The notes: generated from the letters alone by a model not told the origin. Counted from the first letter of the stretch, positions 39,604-52,689 are shown. The stretch is 64,000 bases of DNA from Octopus bimaculoides (GCF_001194135.2 NC_068983.1:8516919-8580918), one strand, 5' to 3'. A program made the numbers and translations.

Positions 39604-40242
39604 ATCTATTTCAAAACGGGGGCACCAGTTTTCATTTATGTTTTATGTAGTGTTTTTGGTACCGAAAGACTTTCAAACTTCGTATACTTATCTATTTTGT
39701 GTTATAGAACAGAAAAAAATTTTTGTATTCGAATTTATTTCATGTAAAAAATTGTCTTATTTCGATAATTTCTACTAATCACTGACGTCTATTCAGCTGA
39801 AAACAGTTAGCGCTCTAACTGTGTATATCGTATTAATCCCGTAACCCTAACCCTAACCCTAACTAGACTGTTAACCCTAACCCTAACTCTAGAATCCGAA
39901 CTCTAAAATTGTTACTCACATAGATACGCACAGCGTAATTTATTATATAAACAATATATGCGTATAAATTACGATTAAACCGGATGAAATATGTCACAGG
40001 GAATAACATTTTTATGACCACCCAGCAGTAACTCTATTCAGCTGAATAGACGTCAGTGATTGGTTGACATTACAGAAATACGACAACTTTAACATAGAAT
40101 AACTTGCGATGTACGTTTTTTTGTTAAGAAGACTAAGAGTAAAAGATGTTTTATATGACACATTCTACCAGTGTCCCAAGTTTCAAAGTGTTTCGTTAGT
40201 GTTTCGTTAAGAAAATACTGGTGCCCCCGTTTTGAAATAGAT
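39604..40242. mobile_element. MITE / non-autonomous DNA transposon with 26-bp perfect TIRs and internal TAACCC repeats
   Basis: atctatttcaaaacgggggcaccagt (39604-39629) is the reverse complement of 40217-40242. There is an internal inverted repeat (tcactgacgtctattcagctg at about 39780 / cagctgaatagacgtcagtga at about 40039) and a (TAACCC)n tract at about 39842-39890. No ORF. Confidence 0.9.
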
Positions 40243-40243
40243 C

Positions 40244-40405
40244 CAGCAACTGTAGTTACTACCTAACTCATATTATACATGGCCTGCCCTGTAGTAACAT
40301 ACTAATCATATTTCAATCTGAATTTTCCCAACCATAATCCAAACCAACCATATTTCATTCCTTTCCCCTATTTTGTCCTTCACACTGATATCATATCATC
40401 ATATC
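40244..40405 (+). repeat. 162-bp direct repeat, copy 2
   Basis: Matches 39433-39594. Confidence 0.95.
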
Positions 40406-40773
40406 ATATAATCATATCCCAATCTTATCTCACTTCACGACTTACATCTGTCATTCACTATGAAGATGATACTCTTGTCTAATTCCTGTCTCTATCAAAT
40501 CACATGTTCAACCTTTTTTTTTTTTTTTTTTTTTNNNNNNNNNNCTTTTTTTTTTTTTTTTTTTTGTGAATGAAATTCTGCTGGCCATTATTTTTGTGCA
40601 ATTTTTATGAAGCTGTTTTTAAGTGACAGTCAAAACGACAATGATAATAGCAATCACGACGTCTAGAACACAGGATATATAAATAAATATCTCCGGATGT
40701 GCATAGGAAATACGACACTACGTATCTGATTTTGGTTGCAGTCGAACTCTCAAATGTAGCAGTGGCACTGTGG

Positions 40774-40807
40774 TTAAGAGTCATCCGCATCAAAGCGGTA
40801 CTCGGAA
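40774..40807 (-). CDS. Possible terminal coding exon of the minus-strand candidate gene
   Basis: Acceptor gtatttcag|; joining in phase 2 to the 41596 exon gives (C)SEYRFDADDS* with TAA at 40774-40776. Short, and could be chance. Confidence 0.2.
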
Positions 40808-41595
40808 CTGAAATACGCCAGGCTGATATTTAGAGCTATCACATTAAATCGTTGTAAAAAGGCGTTTGATAAATGGTAGTAAGACAAAAGGGATGGTCGA
40901 TGAAATCTTTAAGTTCCTATCATGCCAGTAGAATATAAAACGGTTGCAGCAGAAATTAATGAGGCATATAGAGCTTCATATGACGTGAATATGATCGCAA
41001 TGTCAAATGCATAAGGGTTGTGTGAAATGTTAATATGCTTAAACACTTTCTTTAACAAAGGTGTATAATGTATGTATAATATTTAATTCCACTGTAACTT
41101 TCGCTCAAAAAAAACAACAAAAAAAAAATCGTGTTAAAATTTCAAAATAACATTAAATTAATAATCAGAGGTTCCCTGAAAATCACAGGGAATTCCATCC
41201 ATTTTAGTTATAACAAATGTGTATTTTGAAGAGCGTTGTCAGAGATAGAAGGGTACCGTCAGCTGTTCATTTGAAAGTGCCAGTAACTGACTGAAGGAAA
41301 AAGGAAAATCAGCCGGAGGTATGATACTAGCTATAGCTACAGAATGGAATCTTTAATATGTATCCATGTCGCGGATGATGGTTGTGAAGCATATGCTGGA
41401 TTAAGGCTTCCAACCAGATCCAATTATTGTCTCTTTATTATTGTCTCTCCAGTTATGTCCGCATATTTTGCAGCTATAAAATTGCTCATTAACGCTTCGG
41501 TACGTCCGCAGTTACCTTAGAATTGAAATTGAGCAAGGCTCCGTGCAGGAAAGTTATACTAAAAACCATAGAGATTCTCAGTGAACGATTCTTAC

Positions 41596-41730
41596 CACAT
41601 ATATCCACACCAACATTCATATCTTTTTGGCTGGTAGATCACAATTTTTAACATATCAACTTTGTCATCAACAGCGATATATCTCATGAGCAGAAAGTTT
41701 TCAAAGTGTTCAGCAAAATAGTTTTCATGT
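41596..41730 (-). CDS. Candidate internal coding exon, unknown protein
   Basis: aaataatttcag| acceptor and |gtaaga donor; 135 nt, phase 2-2, only one open frame: HENYFAEHFENFLLMRYIAVDDKVDMLKIVIYQPKRYECWCGYM. Confidence 0.5.
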
Positions 41731-42018
41731 CTGAAATTATTTTATATCATAGTAATTATAATACATTTCATGATGTTACGCTGCTATCTTATTGAAGTGG
41801 AATTCAGTATGAAAGTATGACGACGTTTGTCTAAAGTATTACTCGTGCAGTTAACGAAATGCGAAAATCGATATTTCTTTGTGGAAGGCCCTTATGTAAT
41901 GTTCAACTATAATATATAAATACAACGATATACGTATACACACATACATACACAAACTCTCGAAGGTGCAAGTGCAAACACATTCATGTACACACATACG
42001 CACATACAGTTAAGTATA

Positions 42019-42019
<1 letters not shown>

Positions 42020-42064
<45 letters not shown>

Positions 42065-42266
42065 GTCTTAGTTTCAAATTTTGGCACAAAGCCGGGAGAT
42101 TTGGAGGTGGAGATAGGTCGGTTATCTCAACTCCGGTGTTCAATTTATTTTATCGACACCGAAATCATAAAAGGAGAAGTCGACTCTGGAGGTATTTGAA
42201 CTCGGAACGTTAAACTGGAAGAAATGCTGTAAGTGTTGCGCAGTAATGAATCTACCAGCTCACCAC

Positions 42267-42344
<78 letters not shown>

Positions 42345-42345
42345 C
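42020..42345. mobile_element. Family A SINE (about 42075-42265) flanked by (CTAT)n tetranucleotide runs
   Basis: gtcgactctggaggtatttgaactcggaacgt core, with (CTAT)n on both sides. Confidence 0.8.
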
Positions 42346-42573
42346 AGCTTGTGTTTATGTGTGTGAGAGATTTTTGTGTTTTTGTGTTTATGTGTTTGTG
42401 AGAGAGTTTTCGTGTTTTTGAGTGTATGCATGTGTGTATTTATGTACGAAAATTAGAAATAAATATTTTACTATACGTGGAAAATTCTTTATAAGATAAG
42501 GTTTAATTTGGTTTAAACATATTTCTATATATGTTAAAATCCATTAATGCAGCCCCAACCACAAACATATATA

Positions 42574-42617
<44 letters not shown>

Positions 42618-44759
42618 TAAATGTTTATATTGAAGATGTGTTATTCTCACGTGCAACATTTTTTTATATCATCGCAATGAATCATATGTTTCTCAGTGTA
42701 CTGTAGCTGTTGTGCTCCGAATCTATGATATTTACGTTCTTTAACTGAGTCAAAGCAACATTTCAAATGCTACTTTTATAATATTATCTGGAAGACATGC
42801 TTGTATTTTTTATATATATTTAAAAATTTTCTTTTATTATCAGCAGCTTTGTATTGAAGCCCGACTTTATAACCGTTATGTTGACTATAAACGTATTTTT
42901 GAAAGGATTCATTATAGAAATTTAGAAAATCTATTGAAAACTTTGAGTCGGATTCTGATCAATAATATTATCCATATAGAAATCTGTTTGAAAATTTTAT
43001 TGTATTTTGAATTTATTTTTCACGTTTTAAACCGTGTTATTTGGTTTCGTAAAAATGTTAGAAAATGAAGGGTAAAGAACTTGTTGCAATAGTGTTCGTC
43101 GTTCTATATGGATTGAAATTCCCATTACATGGATCGTATATTTGTTTATAATCCTAGGAATGATGTTGTCATAGTAAAAGTAGAATGCATAAATAATATA
43201 ATAATGCTGGGTTTTTAATCTCTACAGCTGCTCCACAAATATGTTAGACTATTTGCAGAACCGCATTTTTAACGTGTGAAATTATATCATCGACGGTGAT
43301 ATTGCTAATAAGCAGGACATTTTCAAAGTGCTCAGTAAAATATTTTTCCACTTTGAAATTATTTTTTTAATATCAATAATTATAATATACATCATGAAAT
43401 TACACAACTTTGCTATGGCGTGATGAATGGTATTCAACCGCCCATGATACACTTTTGGTTCAGGGAGTCCGAGACATTTGAATCGTAGGGAGAAGGGTAT
43501 CCTCAGACAATGGAAGTGGCCCTGAATGCTTACAGCATAGAGAACTCTGCTAAAATTAAGTTGTTAAATCGGGTGTACAAATTAATTCACCCGATTTAAC
43601 AATACCTTATAAAAGTATTTACAACTGCAAGATTCCTAAGAAATACTACAAACTACTTCCTCCGCCCTGGGTTGCTAACCTAAGGTACCGACCCTGAGAA
43701 GATGAAAGATAAAACTGTTTTCAGCAGGATTTGAAAAAAGAGAGCAGAGAAACGGAACAAATACCGCAAGCCGTTTGGTTTTACGCTCTAACGATTCTGC
43801 TAATACGCCATATTGAAAAGTCAGTAAATCGTCAGAGAAAATGTCTTTTTGTAATTTAACTACGTTGCTTTCCTTTCTAAGATCAAATTCAAAATCGACT
43901 TTACCGTTTATCCTTCCGGTGTCGATAAAATAAATACATTTCAAGTACTGTGATCGATATTATCGATCGGTTATTTCACAGAAATGTGTGTCCTTGTGAT
44001 TCTGATAAAATCTATTATTAATACACATCAACACTAATTCACAGAAAATCTATCTCGTTATTGTTAGATGTAGAAAGCAATTAATTGACGCTGTAGAATA
44101 ATAGATAAATAACCCGGCCCTTAGAAATATCAAGTTGAGATTTCTGCTGGCAGTCAATTTTCAAGTCATATATGCCAGTTAGTTTTCGTTTTAGATAAAT
44201 AGAAGACGAACATCAGTGAATCTTATGTTCCAAAGTCAATAGAATAAGGTTAGTCACCTGTCTAAGCTATTTTGTTAATTGCACTTATTGGGAGCTGGAT
44301 TTAACTTTCAGTGAAATGGGTCTAAGGAAGGAGGACAAAACCATCGTAGTCGTCCTTGTCATCAACGATGGTGAATATTGTTGCTGTTGCTATTGTTATT
44401 GCAGACCAATTATCAAAAAGGAATTCGAGCTATGACCATTCTGCCTCTTCTTTTGTTATTCACGTGTATCTAGGATCACATTATCAAGTGGATCTGTGTT
44501 TTGTTTTAAGAAATGTATGTCAAGTTAAGCTGACATGAAGGAGGTACATCAGGTGCCTGGAAATACTTCTAGCATATTCGTTCATAAATATAATGAGAAT
44601 GTAAATCATTTCATTTGACGTATTAACCCGTACCAATAAATTTATGCTCGCAGTATATATATGTCATTCAGAAGTCTGTTCGCATACATGAAACTGCAAA
44701 AGAAACGCGATTTTTAAAAATATCATTTGTGTATGGTAAATTCTAAAAAATTATTCCCG

Positions 44760-45704
44760 AGATATAGTGGCCGCCAACAAACTGCATTGCCGTCATCCTG
44801 CTCGAGGGCCTGTCCTCACCAACCCGCCACACGCAGCACCGATATTGGCGGCATCAACAATGGAGGTTGTTAGTCTTCTCTGACGAGAGAACTGGTACTG
44901 TGTTTCCACCACGAATGGCAGAATGAGAGTGTGATGTAGGAGGGGTGAACGCTACAGAGATGCATGTGTTATGGAGAGAGACGTGTGGGTTGGCAAAACC
45001 ATCATGGTTTGGACTGCTATAAGCCTAAATCAGAGAATTAACCCCTATCAGTTCCACAATGTTGATGCAGGCAGAGTGAATGGCATCAGAGCGCAGCGCT
45101 TTGTTGACCAGATCCTAAGACCTCACATCGTGCTCTTCTTTACGCGTCACCATAGCCACGTGTTCCAGCAGGACAATGCTCCCACCCACAAGGCCAGGGT
45201 CACCATGAACTTCCTGCGTCAGCATAACAAAAGAACCATAATGTGGCCGGCTCTCATCTTGTATTTGAACCCAATTGAACACCTGTGGGATGAAATCAGG
45301 TGGTCCCAAGGCCGACAACTTGTGTGGAACTGGTGACAGCTTTCCCCGGGGTGAGGTCATAGGTGCCAATGGGTTTTGTGAACCGCCACATGCAATCCAT
45401 GTAGCGATGGTGTATGACCTTTTGAACACCCAGGGAGAGCATACACGGCATTGCACATATCACACCCTACAATCTTGATGTACTGGATCTGTCCACTACC
45501 AGAACGCATGACAGCGACTCATAGATTGTAGTCAAAGTGCATCCAAAAAAATCGATGTTATCATACTTATCTAACTTTATGTCGGTTATAATGAAATTAA
45601 AATGAATTTCACTGTCACACACGTCTCGCGTGTCTTTTGTGATTCAGTGTACTTTGCGATACTTTGAGTAACTTTATTCTAGTGCAGCCTTGTATCGACC
45701 GTAG
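44760..45704 (+). pseudogene. 5'-truncated Tc1-like (DD34E) transposon with right terminus
   Basis: RHPARGPVLT, FS(D)E region, IMVWTAIS, FQQDNAPTHKARVTMNFLRQHNKRTIMWPALILYLNPIEHLWDE (34 residues between D and E), C-terminal QGEHTRH (cf. GGHTRY). The terminal 70 bp (45635-45704) has an inverted copy at 48070-48139. Confidence 0.9.
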
Positions 45705-46161
45705 CCCTGTGAAGGAATGTTTGTTGAAGAAAATATGTCGGAAAGACCATCTTAAAGGTAATTTCATGGGCATTTCCTGTTCTTGGGTAGTATATTTAAC
45801 CAAAACGAATCTCAGTTTAACACCACCAGCAAGCATTTAGATGTCTTATGAGTCAAGTCTTTTGTAAGAATTCGTATCATGTTTTCTCTCTAGATATAAC
45901 ATTTACAGTTCATTTCGTATAACTTCTTCCACAAAGAAAGTAAAAAAAAATATAAACTCATTAGAATGACTGAAACAAGTAACAGTTAAAATACTCAGAA
46001 TATATCTATCGAGAATATATGAGAAATACTACACAGCATAATTAAATGCTCTCATTTTTTGAATAAGTCGTTTGTAATCTCTGACTTCAAATCACATCAC
46101 ATCTATGTCACCTTTGCCTTTCATCGCTCTAGAGCCGACATCTTAAGTAGCATGTATTTAC

Positions 46162-46213
46162 CGAGGTTGATTGAAGCGTCTCCATAATTCCTTTACAACA
46201 GTGCAACTTTGTG
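46162..46213 (-). CDS. Weak candidate exon of the minus-strand gene
   Basis: tttattgcattag| acceptor and |gtaaat donor; 52 nt, phase 1-2, QSCTVVKELWRRFNQP. Confidence 0.25.
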
Positions 46214-48069
46214 CTAATGCAATAAATCATTATTCCATCTGTGCCGTCACATCTCTAAAGTACATGTGACCTCCTCGTTATTGTCTGAAACTCGGCGGAG
46301 ATTATATTTAAAAACTGTTATCTCTTACTGCAGTTGATAAAATAATTATACGATATTACGAGGATAGAAACATTTGGTTCTCTCTATATATACCTTTGGT
46401 TCTCTCTTATCTGAAACAAAATTGCCTTAGCATAAAATCAAATGAACTATTTGCATTTATCATTCCGCCTTCAGTTCAAATTTCTAAATTTATTCATTTG
46501 AAATTCCTTTAGATTTACATATAGCAATCTGACTTGACAGCTTCAACAATTAGCGAATAATAAATTCTTTCAAGTATTCAAACTAGTTCTATTTTGTGAA
46601 TTAAATAGAAAACATAATTTAGGATTTTAGATGAAGATGAGAAATACATTAGAGAAAGAAATAAAATTGTGTGAGATTCGTATTTTTTTGTCAGTAACAT
46701 TCCAGTTACATCTACTTCTCATTTATTAGGGGTTTTTATATGAATATAATTATTGATATTTTAAAGAGCTTTGAGCTTAGAAAGTCTCCAATACTCGGGG
46801 CACATTAACATTATTGAGTTTCCTCTTCCTACTGAATTGCCACCTACAGATGCAAACCAGAAAAATAACTCTTAGAATTCTACTGTTCAAAACTATCCAG
46901 CTTCCATTGTATTCCTTGTATGTTTTGAACGCGCATATTCAAATCTTCAAATACATCGTTAACGCCTTTAAATTATTGCTGTGAATGACGTTACGGTTGT
47001 TCTTATTAACTCTCCTGTAAAGACAAGATCAGCTGTAACTATGTTCAAAGATGTTCCAGTCGTGACGATCATAGCTTCAATTAATGCATATTATGCCCAA
47101 ATCTTATTATTCAATGTTTCCTTACTCTTTTAAGAAGGTAGGATGTAATTTAAGCAATATTTTGCTTCTGGTCCACGCATGTATTAGCCCTTATTTCGGC
47201 AGAATGATTCCAAAATCACATTACCTGAGGTTTCATTTCACTTTTCAGATAATATTTACGAAAGATTTAGCTAGCGTTTCATGAAAATCGGAAAATATGA
47301 CTAAGACGTACCTGTTTTCTTCTTGGGAAGTTATTAGTATTGAAGTTGCACGTGGTCTATGATATCACCACCACATTAATTAAATATGAAATGATGGACT
47401 TTACTAGCGATGTTCATTGTCAGAAAAGGCTAAATGTGTGCTAACCTAGCGGAGTTACTTAATTACTTACATTATCTCAGCTGAAGCATGTTCGAGGACG
47501 AATTTACCACTCATCTTTTCCGTACCAGTAAAGTTTCACGTTTGATTTAAACGCTAATACACTTTCACAAATTTTGAGAACTTGTTTCAAATCAACCAAC
47601 CAATAATAGTCTAGAATGTAAAGTTTTCACTCAAGAAGCCAGTGGGTATTTCTAATTTTAATTCTACCCGAAATAATAAAAACTGCAAGGTGTTATTCTT
47701 AGCAAAACTCTCAAAAAGTAGTTAGATTTATCAATTGGCAATTTTTATGCTTATGAAGCCGAAGTATATTTTACACTCAATCAAAAAGAAATATCGACTT
47801 ATGAGTCGTAATTAATCATATCAATTTTGACCTATTGTATTATATTTGATCGCACTGCTACTTCCTTGCTAAATTGATAGTTGTCTTGTGTTTTCGAAAT
47901 ATATCTGCGTACGATGTGGTAGAAATTTCTGCATTTATTATTTTTTTTATTTTTTCAGTAAAATATTGTATCCGAAATTGAATTTACACTACAATTACAT
48001 TACTTTTATAGATTTAGCCTTTCATTCATTTTCACTTCATTAGTAATTGTTCATTGGTTATTATATAAT

Positions 48070-48139
48070 CTATGGTTGATACGAGGCTGCAGTAGAATAG
48101 AGTTACTCAAAGTGTCGCAAAGTACACTGAATCACAAAA
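48070..48139 (+). repeat. Solo TIR-like copy, inverted relative to 45635-45704
   Basis: 6 mismatches over 70 bp by manual alignment. Confidence 0.9.
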
Positions 48140-48159
48140 TGATCATAATAATCCATTCG

Positions 48160-48320
48160 GCTATAGGCACAAGGACTGAAATTTCGAGGGACGGAAATAA
48201 TCAATTACACCGACCCCAGTACTCAAGTTATTTAAGTCGGCCTGGGCGGCATTTCAACTCAGAACATAAAGAAATGCTGCTATGAATTTTGTCCGTCATG
48301 TTAACGATTCTAACGCAGAA
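48160..48320 (-). mobile_element. Family A SINE fragment
   Basis: ttataggcacaaggactgaaatttcgagggg...ccgaccccagtac...tttcaactcagaac...gttaacgattct. Confidence 0.75.
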
Positions 48321-49103
48321 CCACTTTCCTAACAGCGATAATAATAATAATCGCGATATATAATAATGACATGCAGCTAATGATTTGCACCTGGATGCAG
48401 GTGAACACATTTGAATGTGATTTAATTAAACAAGAAGTTGAAATGTGCAAGTAATCGCGACTGAAGTTCTACTCATTCTAGAATACAGAGCTCCGAGGAA
48501 TAATAAATGTGAAAATTTCATGAGGTATGTTGAATAAGTAATCTGAAACTTGGAGTATTTAGTACTTAGCTGTTGTTAACTCCTGCACAAGGTCACAATT
48601 TATGAAAGCGTGCAAAAGACTAATTATCATAAATATATCGCTGGTGCTTCTTAGATGTGTCTTAGAAATTTATATGGATTAAATGCTTAGAAAACCTTAT
48701 TCGGATTTGAACTCATCAATTAAAAATAAAAGAAATAATACTCCTAAGCATTTCTTCTATAACCCTTTCTACTTTTCTTATACATTTTACTTAGTTAAAA
48801 GGTAGTGATTATAATTTAGAAGCTATTGTTTATTGCATTACGTACGAAAATACAAACGAATGAAACAGTTAAACTAGATTTCAAGTAGCCATATCACTGT
48901 AGATTTCAATGTCAAATCTTATTTGTGTACCAGAATTGACATTTATCGCTGTACCTTCATTAATTTACGGACCATGCATTTAGTGGGGTGATAAAGTCAC
49001 CTCTACATTTTAATTTAGATTTTTTTTATGTATTACTGAAATGAGAATAGACAAAACACTTCACACATTTCAGGACATTTGAGATTTGGTAGAGAAAGAA
49101 AGG

Positions 49104-49363
49104 ATGCTATCCTTAGATGAGAGATATGTACATACTGCTTGGAAGAGATTGTCCGCAACCAAAATGCATGAAAGGCCAAGTGGTACCGTTGTTAAATCCG
49201 AAGAAGAGATTTCGTCTACCACTCAAGAATTGTAAGTGTACCTCCCCTTCCACCAACGCACTTCTAAGCAGTTTTAATCTTTCAAATTTCACTTTGACCT
49301 CAGATACATTCAAGAGAACCGAGTCTATGATGAAAGAAGTTTACCCAATCTACGTTACATAAA
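49104..49363 (+). CDS. Candidate two-exon coding segment (49104-49231 + 49304-49363), unknown protein
   Basis: ATG at 49104 in an exon with upstream acceptor catttcag|49074. The 72-nt intron has a gtaagt donor and a long pyrimidine tract ending ttgacctcag. The frame stays open across the junction: MLSLDERYVHTAWKRLSATKMHERPSGTVVKSEEEISSTTQELYIQENRVYDERSLPNLRYI, then |gtaatt. A competing minus-strand exon reading exists (see findings). Confidence 0.4.
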
Positions 49364-50039
49364 GTAATTTTGATTGATTACAGTGAAGTTACACAAAGTT
49401 AGATAAGTAACTGCTGCAATAAATTTAATTTGCTGCTCCATTTCTTCTATTCTCTGTACCCCAGCGTTTTCGTAATCAACCAAATGGTTTCCAGTTTAGA
49501 ATGTTAACAGAAAATTTCTTTCATGTGATTTGAATACATGTTCATAGTTACAAATATTTCATTTAGAAATTTAACGCTAAGTAGGGAAGTCACTTAGTGC
49601 AACGTACTGTTCGAGATAATAAATATATTAAGATTTCATTGCTTTAGTCAATACGGTGTATTGCCTGTGCACCTACTCGGCCTACTAGAAATGGCAGCCA
49701 AAGATTTCTAAAACAATCCCTGTCATCATAAAGCAGAAAATACATAACATGATGAAGTTCTCAGTTCTATATATCTGAGAAAAATCGGGATGGTCATAGC
49801 TTGGACAGGTCTAATGAGTTCTGCTCGAGTTAAGCCGCCGCGGTGCGAAAAGAATAACAATATCAACTACGTATCTATTTCGCTCGAAATAGAAACCATA
49901 CGTCCCTGAATTTATCACTTATTACGGCTTTGAATAAAGACGAGTCACAGTTTAGATTTTAATATGCTTCCAATAATGGTCAGCTGGAACAGACCATGCT
50001 TGATTATAAACAACAGACGCGGCAGCAACAGTAACGTTA

Positions 50040-50135
50040 TCACCATCAACTTCAACGACCTCGACATCGTCGTTGTCGTCGTCAACATTGTCATCATCAT
50101 CATCAACATCATCATCATCATCATCATCATCATCA
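50040..50135. repeat. Degenerate (CAT/CGT)n trinucleotide repeat
   Basis: Directly visible; the source of the poly-D/M/I ORFs. Confidence 0.9.
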
Positions 50136-50509
50136 ATGTATATTTCAATTTCGGGGTGATAGAATTGGCAGGACTTCAATCCAACGTGAATAATTAGCTG
50201 CAAAGACATCCGTTTTCAGTCGTCTGGTTTGATGTTTTACCATTAAGCCAGATTCACTATAGTCAGATCAGAAAGTGTTGATCTCTGAAATGGTATTAGT
50301 GCAAATCAAAATAATTTATGGCCTGAAGCCAAACTCATTATGGTAATTTAAAGATATACACAAGCTCCTTGGCTTTTGTCTTCAATCTGAACTCATCAGA
50401 CAAACTATATAACATCTTTGGTGAATAATTAGAATTGAATTTGATTCTTGTGTCACCTACAATACTTTCAACTTTTAGACAGAAGATATTTATATCAACT
50501 GAACTAACC

Positions 50510-50548
<39 letters not shown>

Positions 50549-51176
50549 NNNNNNNNNNNNNNNNNNNNNNNNNNNNNNNNNNNNNNNNNNNNNNNNNNNN
50601 NNNNNNNNNNNNNNNNNNNNNNNNNNNNNNNNNNNNNNNNNNNNNNNNNNNNNNNNNNNNNNNNNNNNNNNNNNNNNNNNNNNNNNNNNNNNNNNNNNNN
50701 NNNNNNNNNNNNNNNNNNNNNNNNNNNNNNNNNNNNNNNNNNNNNNNNNNNNNNNNNNNNNNNNNNNNNNNNNNNNNNNNNNNNNNNNNNNNNNNNNNNN
50801 NNNNNNNNNNNNNNNNNNNNNNNNNNNNNNNNNNNNNNNNNNNNNNNNNNNNNNNNNNNNNNNNNNNNNNNNNNNNNNNNNNNNNTATATATATACATAT
50901 ACAGACGACATGGATTATATGAATTGCATTGCAAATTCCTACCCTGCTATAACATTTGTTTAGATATCATTTTTTTTAAACATCGAAACGACCTTGGTCC
51001 TTGGCACATCTTATTGTTGATTTCACGTAGAACTTTCTAGGAAAACTTGCTTAAATAATTGCTGAGAAATAGTGGTTTTAAGACGAATTTCGACATTTAT
51101 TCCTATAAATACACAGATGTGTGGAGGTACATATAAGCTATTGAGTGCATAGGAGATATTTACAGTTTCCGATTTC

Positions 51177-51402
51177 TTTATTGCCCACAAGGGGCTAAAC
51201 ACAGAGGGGACAAACAAGGACAGACAAACGGATTAAGTCGATTATATCGATCCCAGTGCGTTACTGGTACTTATTTAATCGACCCCGAAAGGATGAAAAG
51301 CAAAGTCGACCTCGGCGGAATTGGAACTCAGAACGTGGCGGCAGACGAAATACCACTAAGCATTTCGCCCGGCGTGCGAAAGTTTCTGTCAGCTCGCCGC
51401 CT
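51177..51402 (-). mobile_element. tRNA-derived SINE (family A), best-preserved copy
   Basis: The reverse complement starts aggcggcgagctgacagaaac (A-box-like) and has gagttccaattccgcc (B-box-like); many similar copies occur in the window. Confidence 0.92.
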
Positions 51403-52654
51403 TATACTTACAGCTACTTACAGTTTCTATTTAACAAATTCTTTTTTTATGACACCACTCAAATCGAGAACATATTAGAAGATACATAATCAAGATGCCG
51501 AACAAAAGAACAGATTCTGTATTATGTGGTTACGAGGCAAACGCCTTAACAATTCAATGATATCTTTCACTATTTGAATTTATTTCTCAGGTCTTCAGTT
51601 TAAAAATTTTGATGCAGCTCCGCTACTTCATTCAAAAAGCACAGCTAATTGCGAGAGACTTCAAAGATTTAAAACAATCTCATCATTTACTTGACTAAAG
51701 GCAGTTGTTTGTGTTAAACCCACTAAAACACCGACGCAACAAATTCATGAGAAAATCATTCTAGACATAAACGACCGCGTTTTGCAGAAATAATACGCTT
51801 GCGACTACGTAATCGAATGCATCATCCTTTTTTTAGAATTCAGAAGGAATGTGTTGATTCTATTAGATCTGACATAATATGTTGGACTCGCTTTTCTTTC
51901 GTCTATTATGTATCCATTTAAATAAAGAATTTAATAGAAAAATACATGAATAAATACTTTTGAAGCATGGATGTATGATTAGTAAGTTAGTATCACAATT
52001 ACATGTTCCGGTTCCAGCACTTTGCGCTACAAGGGATTTAGTTTCTTTCACCAGTAAGTGTTACAGTATACTAAAAAAATCACGTCATGTTATATCGATC
52101 GAATGTACTGCTTGCGCTTTTTTACGTCTCTGAGTAGGTGAAAGGAAAATTAGAAAGTGAAATATAAAAAAAAATTGATATTATATGTCATAGATTAATT
52201 CTGTCCTCATAAAAAGACATTTAATACGTAATGTACACATATACAGGATTGTATGAAAAAGAACACTATTCTAAACTCATAAACTAACACACGCCAACGG
52301 GGGCGTATCTGTATCCTCACTCAGCAAGTTATAGTGTAAGTTAAATCTCTAGTCCATCGTATGTGTTTCATTTACGTCCGTTTCATAGCATATGTCGTGC
52401 ACAATACTGACGATAGAAACTGGTTTAGAATTCTTTGTATTTAGTGAAGTTGACAAGTGTTTGCATGTAAAACTAACGCAGAATAAGTATTAAGATAAAT
52501 TGCTTTCAATGTTATATATTTCATCTTTCCCAAACACACGCGCACGCCCATATATAGATAGATAAATACATATATGCAAATACACACACACGCACAAACA
52601 CACACACATATATATATACATATACATATATATAAATAAATAAATAAATGCAAA

Positions 52655-52689
<35 letters not shown>

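Noticed and set aside
41596-46213. T-box-like resemblance (KELWRRF; LLMRYIAVDDK)
   Set aside because: The invariant TEMIxTKxGRRMFP segment is absent, so the similarity is likely coincidental.
49945-50209. Poly-D / poly-M ORFs
   Set aside because: (CAT)n repeat translations.
51177-51402. tRNA-like A/B boxes
   Set aside because: Part of a multi-copy SINE with no complete cloverleaf; not called as a tRNA gene.
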